From NCBI GenBank assembly GCA_051294375.1, contig CM119268.1, forward strand, positions 7,088,861-7,152,860: a DNA stretch of 64,000 nt. Direction: 5' to 3'. The notes beneath the pieces are model-generated. The model made no database searches, was not told the origin of the DNA, and worked only from the letters and a program-made list of their open reading frames with translations. This document shows, in pieces, positions 26,303 to 39,832 of the stretch. The stretch's first letter is position 1, and the number at the start of each line of letters is the position of its first letter. The stretch comes from Paraspadella gotoi. Its lineage: Eukaryota; Animalia; Chaetognatha. The translations under genes and the position numbers were made by a program.

Positions 26303-27053
26303 TCCGGCCAAACAAAAAGGGGACAGATTCGAGATGTCGACTTCTTGTTCTTCATTCGTGTCGCCATTAAAGAGACAAGAGATGATTTTTTTTTAAGGGA
26401 AAACGAGTCTTCGATTTACGAATTTAAGATGATTTCAAATATCGAAGAAATATGAACTGCTTTCCAAACGCTGGGTTTTTTATGGAACATTAAAGTGGCT
26501 TGAAATTAAAAAAAAAAATTACGTATTTAGAAAGTTTTGCTTCATTTACGTACGCATAATTGATTTTAGAATTTGGATTATAAACTCATTTTTTGAATTA
26601 ATAATGATTAATTAGACGTTTCGTTGTTTTTTTTTTCTATTTTCAAAACTTTGTTTTTTATCATCTTTCTGTCATTTCCCGCCGTTAAAGATTTTCTATC
26701 TCTTTATCAGCTTCTTCTTTTTCCTGTCTTTCTATTTTTTTCTGTCTTTTTTCTTTCTGTCTCTATCTTTCTCTTCTTCTTTCGCTATCTAGTGGGTTTT
26801 TACTTCCCCTTTTCTTCTTATTTCTGTACTTAATACTTACTACTTTCTACTACTTACTACTTAATACTAAGTATTTACTACTTCTTTTTTCTCTATCATT
26901 CTTGACTTGTAAACCCTTAGCTTTTTCTAACTTCTACTAACTTCTATCTGTCGGCCCTCAACTTCTTTAGTTCTTTCCTTTGTCCTCTGCAGTCCGTATT
27001 TTCCTTTCCTCCCTTTCCCTCTCATCTCGTCACTAACTTTCTCGCCAGTCCCC

Positions 27054-27088
<35 letters not shown>

Positions 27089-27256
27089 NNNNNNNNNNNN
27101 NNNNNNNNNNNNNNNNNNNNNNNNNNNNNNNNNNNNNNNNNNNNNNNNNNNNNNNNNNNNNNNNNNNNNNNNNNNNNNNNNNNNNNNNNNNNNNNNNNNN
27201 NNNNNNNNNNNNNNNNNNNNNNNNNNNNNNNNNNNNNNNNNNNNNNNNNNNNNNNN

Positions 27257-27287
<31 letters not shown>

Positions 27288-27551
27288 TTCTCTTCTATCC
27301 CTTTTTTCTCCATGTCTCTATTTTTCTCTCTCTCTCTGTGTTCTTAAAATCGCTGCTGACGCAGATTATTCAGTTGGTCGGTCGGTCCATCTAAATGTCT
27401 ATTACTTTGAAGATTATCTTTTATCAAAATACAATACAATATATATATAATATATTATATATATATAATAAAAATTCAGGTTCACATAGAAAGAGAAATA
27501 ATCCACAAAGTGTAATAAAAATATAAATAAATTAAAAAGATAAACAACAAA

Positions 27552-27621
<70 letters not shown>

Positions 27622-28666
27622 TTTTCGTCTTTTCTTGTGTTTCTTTTCTTTTCTCGCGTGTTGTCGTCCATATTGGTCGGTTCCTTCTTAAACGTACTTT
27701 TTCTGTAACCCATTTTTATTTTAATTCCTGTTATGTTCAGTCTCGTTTTTCCGTGCAGTAGTTTTTATTTTGAAACGGTTAGTTCGATTTTTTTGCGGGA
27801 GGACAAAAGAAAATGTGGTGGGACATGTGGGCTTTCTATTCTCTCTCACTCTCTCTCTCCCTCTCTCTCTCTCTTTCTCTTTTGTCTCTTTCTTTCTCTT
27901 TTTACTCTCTCTTTCTCTCTCTCTCGCACTATCGTCTCTCTCTTTCCCCTCTTCCTCACTTTATCTTACTCTTTTTATACCCTTATTTTATAAATTTACA
28001 ATATATGTTATTTTTCGGAAGGTTATGTTAACTTTTGCTTTAATTTGTCACTTTTATCAAAAATTAAAAACGATGATGTCGTCAACCGAACAAAAATTAA
28101 ATTTTAATGTATCAATTTGATAATTGCTTTTACTGTCTCTCCTCTCATGCTGTTTTGAACTCAGATATTCTCAACTAAGCCTTCTTTCTTTGACGCTNNN
28201 NNNNNNNNNNNNNNNNNNNNNNNNNNNNNNNNNNNNNNNNNNNNNNNNNNNNNNNNNNNNNNNNNNNNNNNNNNNNNNNNNNNNNNNNNNNNNNNNNNNN
28301 NNNNNNNNNNNNNNNNNNNNNNNNNNNNNNNNNNNNNNNNNNNNNNNNNNNNNNNNNNNNNNNNNNNNNNNNNNNNNNNNNNNNNNNNNNNNNNNTATTC
28401 TCAACTAAGCCTTCTTTCTTTGACGCTTTTCAATCTGTCCCCTTCCTTTCCCATTCGCTAGCGACTTCAGCAAAACTCGAGTGCATAAATCATTTTCTGA
28501 CGTCGGCAGCGCATTCGCTCGTCCGTTCTCCGGGGCGATTCGTTCATTTTTTGAATTCGTTCACTCGTTTGTTTGTTCTTTTTGGGAGGCGTTCATCGAT
28601 TTCTAAAGTCATTTGTTTTGTATTTGTTACGTATGTTTAGAAATTTTAAATTCCTTTCTCCGTTCA

Positions 28667-28705
<39 letters not shown>

Positions 28706-29299
28706 NNNNNNNNNNNNNNNNNNNNNNNNNNNNNNNNNNNNNNNNNNNNNNNNNNNNNNNNNNNNNNNNNNNNNNNNNNNNNNNNNNNNNNNNNNNNNNN
28801 NNNNNNNNNNNNNNNNNNNNNNNNNNNNNNNNNNNNNNNNNNNNNNNNNNNNNNNNNNNNNNNNNNNNNNNNNNNNNNNNNNNNNNNNNNNNNNNNNNNN
28901 NNNNNNNNNNNNNNNNNNNNNNNNNNNNNNNNNNNNNNNNNNNNNNNNNNNNNNNNNNNNNNNNNNNNNNNNNNNNNNNNNNNNNNNNNNNNGAGAGAGA
29001 GAGAGAGAGAATCCTTTTGGATATAAAAACCATAAAAACGGTGCAAGAAAACCATAAAGATCACTTGCAAAGTTCTCTTGATTCTTGTGTCACGAAATGA
29101 AACGACATTCTACTTCAAAAAACAAAGCGAACTGTAAATATATGTTTCTGTGATATATGATGATAAAAATGAATCACTTATCATTTCCCGGCCGGTGTCC
29201 CGATCTAAAAAAGTTTTTCTGTCTTTTTTATCGAAGTAAATGATTTCTATATCACTAATTCCCAACAAGTTAAAGAGTATCTATGTTAAAAAATAAAGA

Positions 29300-29331
<32 letters not shown>

Positions 29332-29589
29332 AAAGAAAAACAAGACGAATTGAATCATCTAAAACGTTAGTTGTCTCAAGACAACTTTGCCCTCCTCTTG
29401 ATTGATTGAAATTCTGCTTCTTAGGGGAGGGACTTGGAAAAAAAGGGAGAAAGTTGAGTGAAAAATAAAAAAAGTTGCAAAAGTAAGAAAAGAGAAAAAA
29501 ATAATCAGAGGAAGAAGTTGACATGAAGTCGTCGGCCTTATTTCTTTAGAACGCCTCATTTCATCATAAATTCGGAATTAAATTAATTT

Positions 29590-30055
29590 TTTAAGTTAGG
29601 GTTTTGGATTAGGTTATGGATTAAGTTAGTGATTAGGGTGAGGAATGAAGGTTAGAAACCTAGGTTTAGGGTTAGAGTTAAAGATTAAGCATAATGTTTA
29701 GGGTTAAGGTTAGAGTTAAAGATTTAGCATTATTGTTTATGGTTAGAGTTAAAGATTAACGATTATTGATTAAGGTTAGCGTTAGAGTTAAAGATTAAGC
29801 ATTATTGTTTAAGGTTAAGGTTAAGGAATAGGTTTGTGTCAAGAATTAGGGTTCAAAATTAGGGTTGAGAATTNNNNNNNNNNNNNNNNNNNNNNNNNNN
29901 NNNNNNNNNNNNNNNNNNNNNNNNNNNNNNNNNNNNNNNNNNNNNNNNNNNNNNNNNNNNNNNNNNNNNNNNNNNNNNNNNNNNNNNNNNNNNNNNNATA
30001 TTAAAATTAAATTTAAGAATTAAGGTTCTGAAATGGGTGATTTAAAAAAAACACT
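29590..30055. repeat. Family C degenerate TTAGGG/TTAAGG array (gap inside); further arrays at ~6900-6990 and ~36870-37020
   Basis: ggttagagttaaagattaagcattattgtt-type units. Right-end-like gaaatgggtgattt at ~30030 and aaacggggcgttctgggaaaatatggcc at ~36993-37020. Confidence 0.65.
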
Positions 30056-30278
30056 TAAGTATTCTTGGCACCAAAGGTGATAAAGAATCTCATTTGTTTC
30101 AAAATTTATAAAGTTTATAAAGTTATAAAGTTTATTTATAAAGTAATAAAAGAACCCGAGAGAGAAGCACTTTATGTGTTAACACTAAAAACGCCTTTTC
30201 ATGAATTTTTGTCTCACATGATTATCGTTAGGCTCAACATATAATGTATTCCGAGTATTTTATTTTTATGGCTTTGAG

Positions 30279-30312
<34 letters not shown>

Positions 30313-30538
30313 NNNNNNNNNNNNNNNNNNNNNNNNNNNNNNNNNNNNNNNNNNNNNNNNNNNNNNNNNNNNNNNNNNNNNNNNNNNNNNNNNNNNNNNN
30401 NNNNNNNNNNNNNNNNNNNNNNNNNNNNNNNNNNNNNNNNNNNNNNNNNNNNNNNNNNNNNNNNNNNNNNNNNNNNNNNNNNNNNNNNNNNNNNNNNNNN
30501 NNNNNNNNNNNNNNNNNNNNNNNNNNNNNNNNNNNNNN

Positions 30539-30575
<37 letters not shown>

Positions 30576-31556
30576 ATGAATTTCAAGTATCATTAATTTC
30601 AAAACCGATTAAATGGGGACAATAGAGGAAAAAAAATTTTCTCATCCAAGGAACAAAAAAAGCGAAAAAAAAGAGCAGAAGCAACAAAATCGGGGATAAA
30701 ATTTTGATTCTTGGATAAGGAAATGTAAAAAAAAACACAACGTTTTTATTACAAAAAAATTGCCTTTTTTTCGGCCAGGATACGTTAGCCACATTTGATT
30801 TATGCGCTGATAAAAGCAAACATATCATAGCCGAAACATGTCCAAATTTTTGTGATAAAAACGTTGTTGTTTCCAACAAAATTTATTTTACGTTTTTATC
30901 GAGCNNNNNNNNNNTTAAGATTTTTTTAATCTCAAACGTAACGAAAGAAAAATTCTTGCGTTTGAAGATTCTCAGATGAGATGTTTCGGAGATTCGATGA
31001 AAATGATAAAATTTGATCTTAAACTAAAACTTAAACCATCGTTGTTTATACAAATAAAAACTTTGTTGCTTCTTAAAATTTGAACACGAAAAATTAAAGA
31101 CAAACTTTGAGATAAACGGAAACTAAAAAAAAAAAAATTAATAAAGAACAGAAATAAAAAAGGAAAAAAAAAAGGATAGAAAAACTCAAACGAAAACAGA
31201 TCGAAAGGAAAGGGAGAGAAAACATGGCGGGCGTTTCCGGGCAATGACTTTTCTCCCTTCATAAAATGGACGATCTCGCAATGAAAGGGAAAAAAGCGCA
31301 ATAAAAAGAATCGATACGGATTCATAAAAGAAGGAAATGATATCAGAGAAGTCCATACTGCTTTAAGTTAAAAAATATTATTACTTTGTTCAATAGTATG
31401 AAAAATATACATCATATCCCGAGACGTGGCTCTCTGAAAGGGGCGTAAAAATTTTCGGTTAGTGTCGTTTGGCCGAAAAGAGAAGAAATGCCATGAGAAT
31501 CGGTGGTAATTTGAATTAGAAGCTCTCGTTACGTTGTCAAATAATGGCCTAGGGAC

Positions 31557-31619
<63 letters not shown>

Positions 31620-31749
31620 GCTGTTTCTCTGTTTCGTGCTTCTCCTTCTCTTGTCATCGACAATTTGAGGAAGAAACAATCTCGTTTATCAATGACATAG
31701 AAATTCTGGTCAGAAACCTGGACAACGAGTTCCCAATGTTTTGCAGAGA

Positions 31750-32480
31750 ATTGTGGGAAGGAAACTCGACTGATCGTTGGAAATGTGGGAAGGAAACTCG
31801 ACTGATCGTTGGAAATGAGGGAAGGAAACTCGACTGATTGTAGGAAATGTGGAAAGGAAACTTGACTGATCGTAGGAAATGTGGGAAGGAAACTCGACTG
31901 ATCGTAGGAAATGTGGGAAGGAAACTCGACTGATCGTAGGAAATGTGGGAAGGAAACTCGACTGATCGTAGGAAATGTGGGAAGGAAAGTTAACTGTTTG
32001 AATAGGATGTTAGTGGGACAGTCAACTGCTTGAGTATAATGTGAAAAGGCAAGTCACTGTTCTGAAGAATATATAAAGGAAAGCCGACTGCTTGAAAAGA
32101 ATATGAGATAAGTTGAGCTGATTGCTTAAAAGATGTGTAAAGGAAAGTTTACTGCTTGAATAAAATGTAAGTCTAGCATAGTCAACCGCTTAAAAATTAC
32201 GCAAGGAAGAGTTGACAGCTTGTATAGCTAAAGAATGTAAGAAGACTGAGTCAACTGATTAAAAAAAATAGGGTAAGGAATGTCTACTGTTTGAATAGAA
32301 TGCACAAAAGAAAGTCTACTGTTTGAATAGAATGTGGTGAAGAGTAAAATCCACTGCTTAAAAATGTCAAAAAGAAAGTCGACAGCTTAAAAATAAAGTG
32401 AGAAAGAGAGTCGACTGCCTGAAAAACATACAAAGGAAAGTCGACTGCTTGAACATAAAGAAAAGTCGACTGCTTCTGGA
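31750..32480. repeat. 32-bp minisatellite (gtgggaaggaaactcgactgatcgtaggaaat), ~7 near-perfect copies followed by ~15 diverged copies
   Basis: Period 32 (31881, 31913, 31945...). The aaagtcgactgcttgaa-like core persists to ~32480. Confidence 0.9.
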
Positions 32481-32704
32481 TATTTTTGGAAAGACAAGGA
32501 GAAAGACTATTTCGAGTCAGCAAATGTGGCTGAGGCTCAAAAGAAAAAAGTCAGCGAAGATGCTGATTCGGGCTTAAAAAGAAAACGATTTGAATATGTC
32601 TGCTTGATTTATGTGGTTATGTTACTGGTAAGGTATTTCGGCGAGAGACTTAGAATATGGGAATTTGTTGGAGATGTTGATATCAGAGTCAGGGAATCTA
32701 TGAC

Positions 32705-32752
<48 letters not shown>

Positions 32753-35238
32753 GTTTATGATGGCGAAAGCGAGATTTTTTTGAAGGATTTATGTTCGACT
32801 GACTCGGGACGGATGACGGGGTGAGGAGAACTTACCCTCTCGTCTTCGGCATCGAACCTTACCTGACGTTTGAGGCTTGAGGCTTTGGGTAAGTTGCGAT
32901 GGAAAGGACTTCTTTTCCTTTCCTTAGCGGCGGGTTGTACGAGGATACAACAATTCTTAGGCGTTTAATAAAAGATAATTTTAAAAGACAAAAATAAATA
33001 TGATAATAATATATTAAGAAATAAAAATTAAGAAACCTAATAAATAAAGAAGCGAGTAAAAAAAATAATAATAAAAATGCATATTGATATGAATTAATAT
33101 ATATATAAATAGAAAAATAATCAATGAATGAAAAAAAAAAATACAAACCGGTTGGCTCGTAGTTATTGCTCGTTCTGCGCTTGGGCGTGGCTCTCCTAAC
33201 GCCCTGCCGAGAAGATGATGATGAAGACGAACGAACGACGACAGGACGACACAAGACGACACGACACGACGACAATGACGACGACGACAACGACCGTTGA
33301 AATGAGATTTTAATAGGCGCAAAAACCGGACTGTGGGATTTGGAGTCGATGCTTGAAATGAGAGAGGAGAGAGAGAGGAGAGAGAAGAGAGAGAGAGAGG
33401 GGAGAGGAGAGAGAGAGGAAGAGAGCGGAGAGAGAGATATTGGGGTGGTTAGCAGTAACGAACGAATCTAAACCGTAGAAGTGAGGGGGGAACAAAGGGA
33501 AGAAGAGAGAAAGGGGGGGGAGAGAGAGAGGGAGAGGGGAAGGGAGGGGAGGAGAGAAGGAAAGAGAAAGAGGAAGGGAGAAGGGAGGAAGGGGAGAAAA
33601 GAGGAAGGAGGAAGGGGAAGAGTGGGGAAAAATAAAATATGAAAGAACTAATATCTCGAGAGGAAATTCTTGAGCAATTTTCCCTTTATGAATATCGTGT
33701 CATGACAGCGGAATCGGAAGATCAGGGATAAAAAATAATCGAGGGAAAAAATATAGGGGAGGAGGAGAGAGAGAGAGAGTGGAAGAGAGAGGAGAGGAGA
33801 GAGAAGAGAGAGAGGAGAGGGAAACAGTGGGGACGAATCCAACTCGGCATCTCCGTTTAAAGCAGGTTGAATTTGTTGTTGTCAAAATGAAGACTTTTTA
33901 GAGGATAAATGTAATGGTAATTGATACATAAGAGAGATAATGTCACGATATTATGGAATTAGGCAGAGGCAAAAAGAGGAGGCGGGAGAGAGAGAGAGAG
34001 AGAGAGAGGAGCGACGGGGAGGAAAAAAAAAAAAAGAGAGAGGAGATGAAGTAAGTGATTAGGAGAGAGGAAGAGGAGAGGAATGAGAGAGGAGGGGAGA
34101 AGAGAGCGAGGAGGAGAGAGGAGAGGTAGAAAAAGAAAAAGGGAGAGATGGAGGAGGAGGAGAAGAAAAGAGGGGAGGAGATAGTTAGAGTAGGATGTTA
34201 GGGAGATAAAGGAGAGAGAAGAGGGATTTTAAAAAGGAGAAATAGAGAGGGGATTCCGGGTGTGGAGAGGGACGGGCGAGAGAGAAAGAGAGAGACTGTT
34301 TGGAATGTTTGGACTGATCAAAAAAGGGAAGAAAAATGGAAAAAGAAAGAAGGATTTTTCGCTCTAACACCGAGAAAAAGAAAAAAAAAAGGAAAAAGAA
34401 AAAAAAAACTGAAATGGAATTTTTTTTTTCCCGCGGAAAGAAAAAAAGATGGGTTTGGTCAGAAGGGACTTTTGTTTGAATGTCTGAGAAAATAAGTTCG
34501 GCCGCTAGAGATCGTCTCTATTGTTGAGGAAGACGCGCCGAAGATCGAGCGATGTTCTCAAAATCAGGGAAATATATATTTATTCAAACGATCGTAAATA
34601 ACTATAAAACTAACTATAAAAGTAATAACTATGTACTAACCTGATTGGGAAACCGGAAATTACTATTAGCAACTCCTAATGACAAGCTTTTTTCCCCTAA
34701 ATTCTAATGACAATTCTGATGACAACAAATGACAAAAATACCTCGTGACAATCCGAATTACAATATGTACCTAATTTTTATATATATTTATCTTTTCCAA
34801 ATCTCCATTGAATTTTTAAAAGGCATTCCCTGCGAGACGCCCTCTCTCGGACTCTCGAAATCTGCCTCACTTTGAAAAACAGTCGAATTGGAAAGTTCGA
34901 CGAATCGAGTTGTAAAATTATTTTTAAAATCTATTTCAAAAAAAATAAAACAAAATTTAAAATTTTTTTTTTTCATTTTCATGAAATCTGCCTTAGCCAA
35001 TTAAAAAGTTACAAAAACAATGAATTAATCTCCTCGCTAACATATATAATAATATAAAATAATATAAAATAATAATATAAAATAATATATTATGTATCTA
35101 ATATGAAAATTCCCTTTTTTTTTCCGCATTGCGTCTTGAAATGGATCACTGTGCTCGTCTCGCCTTCTCGAAGTTCGACGCCGAATAAATTCCGTCGAAC
35201 GTCGACGAAACTGGAATTGGATTTCCCTTTTTTTTCGT

Positions 35239-35341
<103 letters not shown>

Positions 35342-36257
35342 GCGAGCCCAATTTCTGGTTATTTTTGATGCCAACTTCTTTTAAGGGGTCGTCGTTGTCG
35401 TCGTCGTCGTCGTCATCGTCGTCTTGGATATCGCCGTTGTATTTTTTGGTCCTATTGATATCGTCTTTGTCATCGTCGACGTAATTGTCGTCGTCGTTGT
35501 TGTCGTCATCGTCTTCGTCATCGTCGTCTAAATTGTCGTCGCCGTCGTCGTCGTTATCGTCAATTTTCGTCGTAGTTAAATTAGTATAACATATAACATA
35601 TAACATACAACATTCGTCCTCGACGCTGTTGTTGTTGTTGTTGTTGTTGTTGTTGTCGTATTCGCTGACGTCGTCGTCGTCATCGTCGTCGTTCGTCCTT
35701 TCTTTGTTTTTGCGGATTACGCAACTAAACATCGAGAGAGATTCATTTTTTTTCCCCCGCGTCTATTTTGGAGAAATTGCTTCGATCAATGAACTGAAAA
35801 CGAATGAATGTTTTACAGGCGGAATATCAGGCGAGGAATTATCGAATCAGGCCGCGATTTAATTGTTGATTGGTTTCTCGGCGAACCAGGCGGCGAATCG
35901 TCTATGGTTTACGGCGAATTGTTGGTTTTACGGCGAATGAGGGATTCAATATTTGCCGTTGAGCCAACAATTGACCGATGAATTAGTTGAATTATTTAAC
36001 GCTTCTTTTCCGTTAGAAGACACACAATTTGTGTTAAAAAAATTATATATTTCTTCCCTATTTTTATTTTATTTTTATAGTAAATGAAACAATGAGTTTT
36101 CTCTTTTTTTTTTACCAAAGGTTGTCAAGTCATTTTCTTTGTCTCAGTCTCTGTTTTGATCTCTCTCCTATGTTTTTAATTTGTCTCTCTTTGTATCTAT
36201 TTTTNNNNNNNNNNNNNNNNNNNNNNNNNNNNNNNNNNNNNNNNNNNNNNNNNNNAA

Positions 36258-36294
<37 letters not shown>

Positions 36295-37185
36295 CACCAA
36301 GGCAAGTTAAGATGAAAGGAGAGAGAAGGAGAGAAAGGAAAGAGATTTAAAGAAAGAATGAAAATAAAACGGGAAGAACATGAAGAAGCAAATCTTAGGC
36401 TTCGCAAAGGAAAAAATACTCAAAATGCACTTATAATTATATAATTATATATTATATAAATATAAACANNNNNNNNNNNNNNNNNNNNNNNNNNNNNNNN
36501 NNNNNNNNNNNNNNNNNNNNNNNNNNNNNNNNNNNNNNNNNNNNNNNNNNNNNNNNNNNNNNNNNNNNNNNNNNNNNNNNNNNNNNNNNNNNNNNNNNNN
36601 NNNNNNNNNNNNNNNNNNNNNNNNNNNNNNNNNNNNNNNNNNNNNNNNNNNNNNNNNNNNNNNNNNNNNNNNNNNNNNNNNNNNNGTAATTACTAATTCG
36701 TAAAAGAGTCTTAATATCTAAAAACCGTTAAATGTCAATAATACTTGATATTTTTTACAGAACCCCAAACTTAAGGGATATCTTTTCCGTTTATCCCAGA
36801 ATTTAATTTCAACTTTATAATATTCATATCTATATATTTATAATAAATATAAATTATTTTTAAAATTATAATTCAATCCCTAATCCGTAATCCCTAAACC
36901 TAACCTATTTTTAAACTCTAAACTCTAACCTCTCACCTTACGCCTAACCTAACGCCAATCCTTAACCTAAAATCACTAACACATCAAAGATAAAACGGGG
37001 CGTTCTGGGAAAATATGGCCAAAAAAAATTGAATAAATAAACGAAAGTGGAATACGAAGTCACTATCCGCCGAATCCGGATATATAGACCGTCCCGTTTC
37101 TCTATTTCCCCCCCCCCTTTTTTTTATATCTTTTCTTTGGACATTTCATGTTTTTAATCTCGTTTTTATTCGCGGGTATCGATCG

Positions 37186-37223
<38 letters not shown>

Positions 37224-37813
37224 TTTTGTTTCATGTCACATGTAACATCTGTTTCCGCTATTCGCGCCGAGAATGTTTGGTAAAATAACATTTCGGAAAG
37301 AATGTACGTACGACTATTCTCTCCTGTTAATTTTATTCNNNNNNNNNNTTGCGATTGTTAATAGTTACATAACCGTTGATACCTCTTGTAGTATATGTTC
37401 ACCCGGACTACATTTCCAAATCGTGATCTTGATTCAATTTTTTTCACGGATCACCTTCGGCTGCTTTTTTGCTTCTTTCGGACTCGATACGGCTGCTTTA
37501 CTTGCGGTTTAAACCCTCGAATTTAATATGGTTTTTTAGATAATAATATTTCAAATTGAAACTATTTTATTTTGTATAATATATATGTTTATATTATATA
37601 TATTCGTACCTCACCGAAAAAAACCGTTTAAATCGTTTTACTTTTTTCATTTTTAGAATAAAACATTCGTGCGACGAAACCAATGTAAAATAAAAACAAA
37701 CTTTAACTTAATCCAAAACGTACCCGAGCGAACGCGGGCGCCTAAGCGGTCCGCTCAACCCGTACAGAAAACTAAAGAAAATCTCACCTTCTGTACGAAC
37801 ACTTTACTTGGAT

Positions 37814-38804
37814 ATGAACTCTCGTCCGTCCCTCGTCGTCGGTCGGAGAGAGAGAGAGGAACCGAGGAGGGAGAGCGAGAGAAGAGGAGAGAAAGAGAGA
37901 GAGGGAGACGGAGACAGAGAGGGAGAGAGTCCCGCTAAACTTAGAGACGGGCGATCGATCGATTTTTGGCGGCGAAGACGAAGTAAGAGGAAGAGGAAGA
38001 GGAGGAGGAGAGTGAAGAGGAGGAGGAAGTGGAATGGAAGGAAAGAAGAAAAAAGAGAAAGAATTAACAAAGAATTAAATGATAAAATAATAAAGACAAA
38101 AGATAAAGTAAAAGAAAAGAGTCTAAACGTCGTCGAGAAAAAAAGCGAACAGAGATATCAGCTTCAGCAACGTCAACTCCATCTGCAACAAAAAAGCGAA
38201 CAAAGATATCAGCTTCAGCAACGTCAACTCCATCTGCAACGAAAAAGCGAACAAAGATATCAGCTCCAGCAACGTCAACTCCATCTGCAACAAAAAAGTC
38301 AACAAAGATATCAGCTTCAGCAACGTCAACTCCATCTGCAACGAAAAAGCGAACAAAGATATCAGCTTCAGCAACGTCAACTCCATCTGCAACGAAAAAG
38401 AGCCACGCCCATTTTTTCGTCGTCGTCTTTTTTCCCCTCGATTTTCGTTCCCCTCCTCAATTTTCTCTCCGTCGCCTCCGGACGCCATTTTGGACGCCAT
38501 CTTGGATTATCGTCGCTTCGATTCGATGCCTTTTGTTTTCGATCTTCGATCTCCAACGATCGTCTCTTCCGACCGGATTTTCCCGCCAAAATCTCCTTAC
38601 GTTCGTCATCGTCGTCTTCGTCATCGTCGTCTTCGTCATCGTTGTCTCCGTTCGTTCGTCGTCTTCGTCGTTCGTCGTTTAGGATTTTCCCTCAGTCTTC
38701 CATCGTCGTGGGCGTCTTTTGTTTTTCCGCGCTGCTGGCGACGTCGTCCGCCGCTGCGCTGAAGGTCGTCGGCGGCGGCGGCGCTGATTCGCGCGAGGAA
38801 CTCG
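37814..38804 (+). CDS. Putative first (signal-peptide) coding exon of the LRR-Ig gene; 5' boundary uncertain (ATG 37814, or acceptor tttag| at 38683)
   Basis: The open frame ends ...IVVGVFCFSALLATSSAAA/LKVVGGGGADSREEL G|gtgagt, a hydrophobic signal-like stretch plus a strong phase-1 donor that joins in frame to 39654. Confidence 0.55.
38139..38398. repeat. 51-bp tandem repeat x5 (in frame KSEQRYQLQQRQLHLQQ/R)
   Basis: aaaaagcgaacaaagatatcagcttcagcaacgtcaactccatctgcaac(a/g) repeated five times. Confidence 0.95.
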
Positions 38805-39653
38805 GTGAGTTTTTTTTTTTTCTATTTTTTTTTATGTCCGTCAATTTTTGTCCTTTTTACGCGCGAAGCATTTCACGGTTGTACAATGTACAATGTACAT
38901 AGACAAGTTTTTTCAAAACTTCTTGAGACTCTACTTTACCATTCTTTTTATTTTCCGGACACGATAATAAAATCAGTCAGTAAATAATAATAATAATAAC
39001 TATTATTTAAAAAAAATTTCAAATGATATTTTGACTATATTTGTATAACAATTTAATAAAAAAGTGTAAAATCAAAATTTCTAATAGGAGGAATGTAATT
39101 TTTTTATCAATATTTTTGTAAGTTATAAAAATCTTTAATATTTGAACATTTTATACATCTGTATGTAACGTAGCTATATATATCAGTAATTATTAAAATG
39201 GTATAATTTTTACGTTGAAAATAAAATGAAGATAAACAGATCGAAAACGTTCTATGGGACGAGCTACACTAGTTCGAAATTTCGCATACACAACTCTCCT
39301 CTCTCTCTCTCTCTCTCGCGCTCCTCTTCTCGGCTGGGGTCTTTGGGCTGCGTTCTGTAACTCTCTCTTCACAAAGCTAGTCGTAATATTGTGGTTATTG
39401 ACACATTTTAATAACACAGACTTGATGATGACTTTACCACATTTGTCAACAAGTTTTGGATTTTGCATCTTTGATTTCCATTTTCTGCCGCGACAATTTG
39501 TATCCCCTTGCTTATGATGGTCAATGACGCTTTTTTTATAAATAAAACGAAATATCACAAATTTTTTTCAAACTATTAACTCTCCTCTCGCAGAATATTT
39601 TAATACATATAAAATCTAAACATCGTTTTTAAAATACAATCCTAACCAAGCAG

Positions 39654-39832
39654 CACTCTTCTTGAAGATGCTCACAGCATCAGGTTCCTCGTTGGAAGAC
39701 AGAACCATGTGTAGAGTGGAATGCGTTGGTAGGGCCCATACCCACATAACCCACTCATCAATCTCCATCATGACGGAGGGCTCCGTTGCAGTTTCATATT
39801 GTTCGGTCTTCCACCCCCACACTATCTTCACC
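39654..39832 (+). CDS. Putative LRR N-terminal cap (LRRNT-like) exon
   Basis: Branch-like ctaac plus NAGNAG acceptor (aag cag|), phase 1 matching 38804. Reads ALFLKMLTASGSSLEDRTMCRVECVGRAHTHITHSSISIMTEGSVAVSYCSVFHPHTIFT, with CxxxC...VxxC cap-like spacing. The donor ACC|gttagc is weak. Confidence 0.45.

Noticed and set aside
28166-28427. 32-bp direct repeat flanking a gap (possible TSD)
   Set aside because: Most simply a contig-end overlap across an N gap.
31750-32480. CRISPR-like repeat-spacer array
   Set aside because: Units are contiguous homologous 32-mers without unique spacers, the context is eukaryotic, and there are no cas genes.
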